This document shows, piece after piece, positions 57,365 to 64,000 of a stretch of 64,000 nucleotides of DNA (position 1 is the stretch's first letter; each line of letters opens with the position of its first letter). The DNA is from Candidatus Multivoradales bacterium (GTDB taxonomy: Bacteria > Acidobacteriota > Thermoanaerobaculia > Multivoradales > JAHEKO01), in contig CBDFIJ010000004.1 of assembly GCA_965248055.1 (NCBI GenBank), forward strand, positions 2,528,001 through 2,592,000, given 5' to 3'. Position numbers and translations under genes: made by a program. The notes below the pieces were generated by a model, which saw nothing but the letters and a program-made list of their open reading frames with translations, searched no databases and was not told where the DNA came from.

Positions 57365-57632
57365 TGTTGCCTCCGTTCTTCTTGGTGCGAGTCTCGGGCT
57401 CGCAGTTCTGCCAACTGCGCGTACTCGCGACAGATCTCAATAACAACCTGTTTTCGACCAAGTCGCTCTCGGATCCCACCGTCGTACCCTTTCCTTCGAA
57501 CGGGTCAACGACACCACGTACGCATTTGTAATGCTTGACTCATTTACTTAGTCGTGGTGCAACTCGTTTGTCACTTGACAGAGCAACTCATTATGCTAGT
57601 CTCCATGTAGAAATCTTGTCAGTTAAAGCTTG

Positions 57633-57668
57633 AGCGCCACATGCATTCTGCATGTTAGGCGCTTTTTT
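57633..57668 (+). terminator. terminator-like hairpin
   Basis: AGCGCC-ACATGCA-ttc-TGCATGT-ta-GGCGCT followed by TTTTT. Confidence 0.6.
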
Positions 57669-59271
57669 ATGTCCGTCTGTGAGTCCATCGATCTGTCGGA
57701 ATCAGACGAGTCAACGATCCAGCAAGTGCTTGTGATTCACCATCTCCATCCAAGAAGCCAACCAGCTTGAAAGCAAGGTCTTTGCTCTCCCCGTCGAGGG
57801 AGGCTAATTGCGACGCCCACGAGGAACTGACTGCTGTCCACGTCTCTTCCCTGTTCTCAAAATCAGGGACATCGCTCAACCCACGCCACAACGCTTCAGC
57901 TTCCTTACCAAGATCTTGCGGATCATCACCTCCACCAAGTCGAGCGAGAAGGCGAAAAACGGCGCCAAAAATGCGGCTAGGAAGGCTCTCTATTCGAAGC
58001 AGACTTACTGTCGCTTTTTGGAGCTCGTTCCATTTTCCTAGCGAGCCGAGTATCACGCAATAAACAATCCAGTTTTGAGAATATCCTGGGGCTTGTGCGC
58101 ATAGTTTGCGTGCGAGCCCCAATGCTTGATCGAGCCGACCCCCAAGTATGTCGATACGTACGGCCATTGCCATAATTTTGATGGTGCTTCGCCGGGCGAG
58201 GCTTCGCTCCAATCCTTCGCGAAGGGAAGCAACTTCATCTTGGTCGATCGGAGCTCGCACAGACCTCTTAAGCACCCATCTCGCCCTCACAACAAGAGCC
58301 GAATCGTGTAAATGAAGCGGTCCATAGGACTCGACCCAAGCGAGATTGTCTTCCATTTCGTTCTCGATCGCCGAATCACCGTCGGGTGCATTCATTAGGT
58401 AGTTGGCCAATCCCAAGCGAACCCGGACAGCCTTTGGATTGGCAGCTACAAAGTTTCTTGCCAGACCAATGGCCTCTTCAGATAGGCCCCCAGAGTAAAA
58501 AGCGTTAGCTAGTTCCAGCGCTACATTGAAGTCATTCGGCCTGTTGTTACTTATCTGCTTGAGTAATTCGATGCCCTCGGCTCTTCGCCTATTTGTACGA
58601 ACCAAAGCCTTGGCCAGACGGAATTGAATAACGGACTCCTTCTTGACTTCCCACGCTCGCTCGTACAACTCTGCAGCCCTGTGCGACTGTACTGGTCTCG
58701 CCCACATACACAGATCGGCTGCGACAAGCAACACATCCGAATTGTGGGGGTCGTTTTTTAGAACACGGTCGAGAATTTCAAGTGCTTCTTGAGGAGCTTT
58801 TTCCCCGCGACGAGCCCTACCAGCAAGAGACTGGCCAAGGATGAACTGCGCTGCCTTGTTGTTAGGTTGGACAGATAGAACGTTCCGGGACAAATGCTCC
58901 GCATCTCGATAGTTGTCCTGAGCCAAGGCAAGCTGAGCGTGAACGACACTGTCTTTTTCTGCGATCGTCTTTCTCAGCTGGATGAGTTCTGCTTTCACAT
59001 CGATAAGTCCTGCATGAGCATCACCAGCCTGTGAAATCGTACTCTGCAGGTCATCCCCAACCGTCATACCTTCAGAAGTCGCACCTTCAAGTCGAAAGAT
59101 AAGGACTATGAGTAGAATTCCTAGAGCAAAGTTCCCAACGACCTCAGTGATTGACTCTCCTCCCGGTACTAGCGCTGCGACAGCAGGTACCTTCGAGATG
59201 AGGTAGACGGCAAGGAGAACAAACTTTGCGAAATACCTTTTACCTACTGAACTTCCCATTGACTCCTCCAT
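57667..59271 (-). CDS. membrane-anchored TPR-repeat protein
   Basis: Two N-terminal TMs, a coiled coil and multiple TPR-like units (VLSVQPNN, VLKNDPHN, NRPND, ANPKA). Visibly more AT-rich than neighbours. Confidence 0.75.
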   Translation of the reverse strand: MEESMGSSVGKRYFAKFVLLAVYLISKVPAVAALVPGGESITEVVGNFALGILLIVLIFRLEGATSEGMTVGDDLQSTISQAGDAHAGLIDVKAELIQLRKTIAEKDSVVHAQLALAQDNYRDAEHLSRNVLSVQPNNKAAQFILGQSLAGRARRGEKAPQEALEILDRVLKNDPHNSDVLLVAADLCMWARPVQSHRAAELYERAWEVKKESVIQFRLAKALVRTNRRRAEGIELLKQISNNRPNDFNVALELANAFYSGGLSEEAIGLARNFVAANPKAVRVRLGLANYLMNAPDGDSAIENEMEDNLAWVESYGPLHLHDSALVVRARWVLKRSVRAPIDQDEVASLREGLERSLARRSTIKIMAMAVRIDILGGRLDQALGLARKLCAQAPGYSQNWIVYCVILGSLGKWNELQKATVSLLRIESLPSRIFGAVFRLLARLGGGDDPQDLGKEAEALWRGLSDVPDFENREETWTAVSSSWASQLASLDGESKDLAFKLVGFLDGDGESQALAGSLTRLIPTDRWTHRRT

Positions 59272-59339
59272 GGATCCACCTACTATTTTCTTAGACGATA
59301 GCAGAACAAAGTGTCAACAGGCTAGTTGAATCTGACTCC

Positions 59340-60557
59340 TCAGGCATTTCGGTTAGATTCTTGTTGTTTCATGCGATGGTCAACGGCGATAGTCCTCCAT
59401 TTTGGCCATAGCTCGGCACTCAGCGGTCGACTGGGTTCTCCGTCGATTAACAGACGGAAGTAGAAGTAGAAATTGGGCAACGACAAGAAGTCGTCAGTCG
59501 AGAATGTGGGCGAGAACTCTTGTGCGAAGTATCGAGCGTCTTTTGCCCCGACCCGAAAGACGATGATCGTTCCAGCATTTCCGACGAGGGCTTCTCGAAT
59601 CTCGGGATCCAACTGCGAAGCGTGCTGATTGGCGGCAATGATCCCAACACCATATTTTCTGAGCTCACCGAGCATTGTGGCGGTATGCACGGTACCGAAG
59701 CTCTGAAACTCATCAGCGATCACCCAGAACGGATTGCGGTTTTCTCGCTGTGTGTCTGAGCGTGACAATGCCGAGAGCGCCAATCGTGAGAGAAGCAATG
59801 ATCCCAGAAGGTCACTCGGACCTTCCCCGAGCACCCCTTTGGAGAGGTCAGCAAGAATAATGTCTCCTCGATCCATCGCTTGTCGCAGACGAAGCGGCTC
59901 TCCTGAACCCGAGAATACCTTTCGCAACCGAGGGTCAGAGAGAATCGCACCAATCTTGTTCTGCACCGGAGCTAGAGCCATGGACTTGAAGCCCGGACTC
60001 CAACGAGCAAATTCATAGCGCCAGAATGCTGATACAGCGGGATTGTCAATGTACCGCAGGGCATCGCTGCGAAACGAGTTGTCTGAGAGAAGCCGTGGTA
60101 CTTCAAGCAACGTTCCATCCGGCATGTAGAACAAGGTCCAAAAGAGATTGGTGACGATATGAGCCAATCTTGGCCCCCACTCGTCAGACCAGATTTTCTT
60201 GAAGGTTTCAGTAAGCCCTGCGACTGCGAGTGGAAACTGACCCTTTGCTACGCCAGCAAACGGATTGAGATTCCATCCATCTACCTGTGCATCGAGAACT
60301 CTTACCGTTCGGTGCCTTTCTTCGGCAACCTTCAAAACCTCGGCAACAAGGTCGCCGTGCGGATCGAGAAGTAGGAATCCGTGCGGGCCTTCCAAGTCCT
60401 GACTGGCGATTTGTGAGAGCAAGGTGCTTTTGCCGACTCCCGTTTTTCCGACAACCCACAAATGACTGAGACGGTCTCGCTCCTTGATCCCAAACTTGCG
60501 CAGCTTGGCTCTTGAGTTGGCGTAGCCAAGGTATGTCACTCGATCTGGATCATGCAT
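59340..60557 (-). CDS. second type IV coupling protein-like ATPase
   Basis: HLWVVGKTGVGKSTLL, LLDPHGDL, WGPRL, NKIG, ADEFQSF, RKYGV..ANQ, GNAGT..FRVG motifs. GGAG RBS at ATG 60557. Confidence 0.88.
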   Translation of the reverse strand: MHDPDRVTYLGYANSRAKLRKFGIKERDRLSHLWVVGKTGVGKSTLLSQIASQDLEGPHGFLLLDPHGDLVAEVLKVAEERHRTVRVLDAQVDGWNLNPFAGVAKGQFPLAVAGLTETFKKIWSDEWGPRLAHIVTNLFWTLFYMPDGTLLEVPRLLSDNSFRSDALRYIDNPAVSAFWRYEFARWSPGFKSMALAPVQNKIGAILSDPRLRKVFSGSGEPLRLRQAMDRGDIILADLSKGVLGEGPSDLLGSLLLSRLALSALSRSDTQRENRNPFWVIADEFQSFGTVHTATMLGELRKYGVGIIAANQHASQLDPEIREALVGNAGTIIVFRVGAKDARYFAQEFSPTFSTDDFLSLPNFYFYFRLLIDGEPSRPLSAELWPKWRTIAVDHRMKQQESNRNA

Positions 60558-60609
60558 CTCTCCAGAATGCCTAACCTCCAACAACTCACAAGACCGCATT
60601 TCTTTCCCC

Positions 60610-60637
60610 AAAAGAAAGGCCCCCATTTCTGGGGACC
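60610..60637 (-). terminator. intrinsic terminator after radC
   Basis: Minus strand GGTCCCCA-gaaa-TGGGGGCC followed by TTTCTTTT. Confidence 0.6.
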
Positions 60638-60648
60638 CATTTGAACAA

Positions 60649-61338
60649 CTACCAGCCGCCTTGCTCCTTGAGGGAGACCCACTGCGTGGGGCTGCCCAGA
60701 ACCAAATGATCAACGAGTCTGACTCCAACGATGTCGCCAGCGTCAGCGGTTCTTCGTGTGAAGGACAAGTCTTCTGCCGATGGTCTTGGATCACCTGAAG
60801 GGTGTGTATGAAACAGGATCATTCCGGCAGCTCCTCGCTCAAGACCTTCGCGAAGCATTGGCCGTGGCTCCACAGCGGCTCTCGTAAGCGTGCCTTGGAA
60901 GAACACTCGGTCAGACAGGACGCGATTGCGAGCGTTTAAGAAGATTGCACCCATCACCTCCTGCACCGGCTTGCGGTACTTCAGGAAGAGGTAACGAGCA
61001 ACTGCATCTGGGTCATCCAGCAGATCACCACTAGGGATTTCTAGCCTTGCTAGTCGAACCGAGAGTTCCAGCGCTGCAGCTATTCGAGCCGAACCGCGCT
61101 TTGAAAACCCAAGACCCATCATCTCTCTCGTTGAGAGCCCGATCAGGCCACCAACTCCGCGGACGAGGCCAAAGACCTGTTCAACACACTCGCTCGAAAC
61201 CGCTGTAATCTCCGACACCAAGTCTTCATCCACAAGCTCTGAAGGTGAGATCAATCGTGTGTCGACAATCCCCCTCCTCCGAGCCTGCAGATCGGTTACC
61301 CGGTCTGTCTTGGCACTCTGGATGCCGTTCATTGTCAT
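60649..61338 (-). CDS. radC: RadC-family JAB-domain protein
   Basis: QEVM..IFLNARNR, GTL....VEPR, HTHPSGDPRPSAED, LVDHLVLG motifs. AAGGAGGT RBS. Confidence 0.92.
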   Translation of the reverse strand: MTMNGIQSAKTDRVTDLQARRRGIVDTRLISPSELVDEDLVSEITAVSSECVEQVFGLVRGVGGLIGLSTREMMGLGFSKRGSARIAAALELSVRLARLEIPSGDLLDDPDAVARYLFLKYRKPVQEVMGAIFLNARNRVLSDRVFFQGTLTRAAVEPRPMLREGLERGAAGMILFHTHPSGDPRPSAEDLSFTRRTADAGDIVGVRLVDHLVLGSPTQWVSLKEQGGW

Positions 61339-61414
61339 CACCTCCTTTCTGACTTGCGGACAGATCTCTCCCCAGAGCGCCGTATGCACCCGAGTAGAGA
61401 CAATCTGTCCTTGG

Positions 61415-61918
61415 CTACTTCTTGAACTGCTCGCGCTCTTCGATTGAGAGCTGCGTTGTAGCGATGGCTACCGCTTCAAAGATCGATATCCGATCATCTT
61501 CCCTTCGCCAGGTCTTCTTGATCCGTGGCAAGCGATCTGAGAGTTCTGGGAAGACTCTCGATACGGCTAGCGCCACTTCGTACTTGGTGAAGGGCTCCAC
61601 ACCTCGAAATTGCTCCTGCACGTCTTTTCTCGAGACTCTTCGAAATCCCACTTCGTTTTTGAGTGCATGCTCGACAAGCACCTCTACAGCTTGCCTAGCT
61701 TTGTTGGACCCATGAGATCGATATCTCTTAACGACGAGCAGGTCAGGATCGAAGCGCTCAATGAGACGCTTTAGGCTTCCATTGAGATCATCCCAATCCC
61801 CATAGCTGAGGGACTTCATGCCCCAGTCAATCAACCGCTCTGACCCTTCAAGGACAGCCCAGCCAAACTTCTGCGAACGAACGTCGATCGCCAGAACTCG
61901 AGTCAGTCCTCCTGCCAT
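61415..61918 (-). CDS. RuvC/RNase H-fold protein
   Basis: RVLAIDV..QKFGWAVLEG, FDPDLLVV, TKYEVA, IFEAVAIA. Pattern resembles RuvC. Confidence 0.7.
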   Translation of the reverse strand: MAGGLTRVLAIDVRSQKFGWAVLEGSERLIDWGMKSLSYGDWDDLNGSLKRLIERFDPDLLVVKRYRSHGSNKARQAVEVLVEHALKNEVGFRRVSRKDVQEQFRGVEPFTKYEVALAVSRVFPELSDRLPRIKKTWRREDDRISIFEAVAIATTQLSIEEREQFKK

Positions 61919-62262
61919 GGAACGATGACTGCATCCTCCGGGAAACAGACTTCCGAGAGCCGTTGATACTTCCTCGGTCGAGGATGCATTCCTTCAGCTT
62001 CGATCTCTACCAGAAGCTTCTTCGCACGCTCCTTGATGCAGGCCTCGACCTCTTCATAGAGGCCTGCGAAGAGCCTGGAGAGGTTCTCTCCATAGATCAC
62101 CTCGTAGGCAATCAAGACCTTGATCGATGGATGCCGTGTAGCTAGCTCGTGTCGAGCAATGGTTGCATCTGAACCACCCGAGACCAAGCGTGCGACCTCC
62201 TGCTGAGACAGCCCAGCTCGCTTGCGGTATGTCGACAAGTAGTTGTGTAACAAAGAACTCAT
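61903..62262 (-). CDS. XRE-family HTH regulator
   Basis: NYLSTYRKRAGLSQQEVARLV...IARHE..TRHPS. Confidence 0.88.
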   Translation of the reverse strand: MSSLLHNYLSTYRKRAGLSQQEVARLVSGGSDATIARHELATRHPSIKVLIAYEVIYGENLSRLFAGLYEEVEACIKERAKKLLVEIEAEGMHPRPRKYQRLSEVCFPEDAVIVPWQED

Positions 62263-62308
62263 ACCTACCCACCAGAATACGCCTTGACCAGATTCAGCAA
62301 AGCCCCCC

Positions 62309-62331
62309 GCTCTTGACTCAGAGTCAAGAGC
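62309..62331. promoter_or_regulatory. perfect inverted repeat, candidate operator
   Basis: GCTCTTGACTC-a-GAGTCAAGAGC upstream of the XRE gene. Confidence 0.6.
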
Positions 62332-62411
62332 CCCGTTTTAGATATCTGTTGCTATCTATATAGCTATAACTATTGTGTGAAGAAATTTCAGGCCCAAAAC
62401 GAAAAAGCTGC

Positions 62412-62738
62412 TCACGCAGCACCTCGACTCCTGAACTGCTGTACACAGCTTGTCCACATGGCTGTCGGTCGCAGCAGCTGATTGCGCTCTTGGTGGCGCT
62501 CTATGAGCCCCAGATCAACGAGTTTTATCAAATTCGAGTACACACTCCGTTCAGTGATTCCGAGAGCGTTAGCGAGGTAGTTCTTGGAAGCGAAACACCA
62601 GCCGGGAGACGCACTCTTCGCCCCAGCAAGCCGATCGATCATCTCCACAAGCGCATACTCCGTCATTGAAAGCTTGAGCGTCTTACGAGCGTCCAAGTAG
62701 ATGACCACATAGGGAGACGTGCGTTTCTGTTCAGTCAT
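62412..62738 (-). CDS. winged-HTH protein (replication-initiator N-terminus-like)
   Basis: LSMTEYAL...GWCFASKNYLANALGITERSVYSNLIKLVDLGLIE. Confidence 0.75.
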   Translation of the reverse strand: MTEQKRTSPYVVIYLDARKTLKLSMTEYALVEMIDRLAGAKSASPGWCFASKNYLANALGITERSVYSNLIKLVDLGLIERHQERNQLLRPTAMWTSCVQQFRSRGAA

Positions 62739-63348
62739 ACAACTCAACGTGTTCTAGCAACCGATCTCGAACCGAAATTCCCTGAGCCGCGCACTCCACC
62801 GCGCCTCCACCAGACCCAACATCCTCCGGCCACGAAACACCTCGGGCGTTAGGAAGGGAGGCGAGAATCTTGGCTTCAACCTCAGACCGTGACAATCGAC
62901 CCAACCGGCGATCTCTACGATCTCCCTTTTTCAAAGCAACGACTAGATGCGGAATCCTTGATAGGTCGTTTTGCCAGGCTCGTGCCTTGAAGTACCGACC
63001 TGAACCCGTCGTGCAGATAGCCGACAGGCCACTGCTCTCGACTACCAAACACTCGTGGATACCTTCGCAAAAGACAGCGACTGACGACTGGCGCTTGACC
63101 ACCGCCCATGGAAACAATTCAACGTGACTGAGCTCCGCCGCCGCAACTCCTACGTCCTTCCACTTCTCAAAAAAGACCACCGACCCCGAGCTATTTCTCA
63201 CCGGAACCGTGATGAGCTCGTCATCCCATCCGATCTGGTGCTTGTTAATAACTGAGTTACTGATACCGCTATCGTTGAGTGCCGCCCGGACAATGCCGGG
63301 AAGGCTCTGGTGGTAATCGACGGCGAGCTGTTCAAAGTCGGTGCACAT
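62731..63348 (-). CDS. primase/toprim-like protein
   Basis: IGWD..LITVPVRNSSG, LFPW, VFCEG..ECLV, AICTTGSG. No zinc finger and no clear DxD. Confidence 0.7.
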   Translation of the reverse strand: MCTDFEQLAVDYHQSLPGIVRAALNDSGISNSVINKHQIGWDDELITVPVRNSSGSVVFFEKWKDVGVAAAELSHVELFPWAVVKRQSSVAVFCEGIHECLVVESSGLSAICTTGSGRYFKARAWQNDLSRIPHLVVALKKGDRRDRRLGRLSRSEVEAKILASLPNARGVSWPEDVGSGGGAVECAAQGISVRDRLLEHVELYD

Positions 63349-63382
63349 CCACCCAAGCTACCGCTTCGAGAGACCCTGCAAA

Positions 63383-63421
63383 AGTCCCCGGATGCTGACT
63401 GGCAGTCAACATCCGGGGACT
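63383..63421. promoter_or_regulatory. 39-nt near-perfect palindrome between divergent operons
   Basis: AGTCCCCGGATGCTGACTG-g-CAGTCAACATCCGGGGACT (18/19 pairs). Confidence 0.7.
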
Positions 63422-63457
63422 GGTCATCAAGGGGATCTCCATGTACCTTGCACACCA

Positions 63458-63589
63458 ATGTCAGAAACAGACCCTCAAAACGCTCAAGAAGAGCATCATC
63501 ACCTAGAGAAGCTCGCGGAGCTGTTCCTTGACATGTGGCTAGAGGAGCGCACTATGAATACAACAACAAACGATGGAGACAAAACGTGA
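63458..63589 (+). CDS. small hypothetical protein preceding the recombinase
   Basis: MSETDPQNAQEEHHHLEKLAELFLDMWLEER..., overlapping the recombinase start. Confidence 0.45.
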   Translation: MSETDPQNAQEEHHHLEKLAELFLDMWLEERTMNTTTNDGDKT

Positions 63590-64000
63590 AAACTGCATCA
63601 TTCGCTGTCGAGTCAGTTCGGCCAAGCAAGCGAGAGAAGGGGACAGCCTCGAAGATCAAGAACTCGTCGGTCACCGAGTAGCCGCCCGAGACGATTGGAA
63701 CGTCGTACGGGTTTTCCATCAACCCTACTCTGCGAGCAAACCAGAGCACGCCATGATCGACGAAATCGTCGAATTCATCCAAGACTACTCAGAACCCATA
63801 CACCATCTCATCTTCAAAGGGATCGATCGATTTACCCGGGCGGGGGTCAGCGACTATGAACAGCTCAAGAATCGGATTGAGGATCTCGGCGTCAACTTGG
63901 TAGACAGCTACGGCCTGATTCAACCCAAGCAGAACACCTTGGACCACTTTGGGTTTGAGTATCACTGGAGTGTCTACGCTCCTAGCGAGATGGCCGAGAT
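63573..64000 (+). CDS. serine recombinase, probably large type (3' truncated by window edge)
   Basis: Manual translation METKRENCIIRCRVSSAKQAREGDSLEDQ...LIFKGIDRFTR shows the catalytic RVS and DR..R motifs. Frame is open to the window end. Confidence 0.88.
   Translation, partial: METKRENCIIRCRVSSAKQAREGDSLEDQELVGHRVAARDDWNVVRVFHQPYSASKPEHAMIDEIVEFIQDYSEPIHHLIFKGIDRFTRAGVSDYEQLKNRIEDLGVNLVDSYGLIQPKQNTLDHFGFEYHWSVYAPSEMAE

Larger units (their letters stand above)
48857..64000. mobile_element. integrative (probably mobilizable, possibly composite) element inserted at selC, right end beyond the window
   Basis: Integrase directly 3' of tRNA-Sec, plus excisionase-like, coupling ATPases, Replic_Relax, RadC and serine recombinase genes. 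No second copy of the tRNA 3' end was seen in the window. Confidence 0.88.

Noticed and set aside
60558-60794. N-terminal extension of the second ATPase
   Set aside because: Overlaps radC and its terminator. There is a good RBS at ATG 60557.
57132-64000. attR duplicate of the tRNA-Sec 3' end
   Set aside because: No copy of TTCGATTCCCATGCGCTTCCGCCA was seen by eye, so the boundary is presumed to lie beyond the window.

Overview
Bacterial chromosomal window, most likely from an Acidobacteriota genome (inferred from the GWxTD/VWA protein and the carboxypeptidase-regulatory-domain barrel). Positions 1-36.5 kb hold housekeeping and envelope genes: apgM, trmJ-like, maf, iscS-mnmA, rsmI, slt, murA, prmC-prfA, a sigma54 two-component pair, comF, hflX, two lipase-like paralogs, a TonB-dependent receptor and tRNA-Ala. 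Positions 36.6-48.7 kb form a nitrite/NO respiration cluster: a probable C-terminal selenoprotein (FmdB family), an eNOR-type heme-copper oxidase operon, SCO, a two-heme-c lipoprotein NirS, a cytochrome b-ferredoxin-MvhD fusion, a porin and an Rrf2 regulator. A shared palindromic site, AATxxxAT-N6-ATxxGxTT, lies upstream of three of these units. From tRNA-Sec (48758-48856) to the window end runs an integrative element with a tyrosine integrase, an excisionase-like gene, a membrane protein-coupling ATPase-Replic_Relax module, a second coupling ATPase, RadC, RuvC-like, HTH and toprim-like genes, and a large serine recombinase. The most unusual signal is a ~380-nt non-coding stretch in this element (50463-50840). 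It can fold into two tandem domains of the same topology but different sequence, each followed by the motif GTTAWTAGCAAGAT and a pseudoknot partner. All calls come from reading motifs by eye; no database search or folding program was run.
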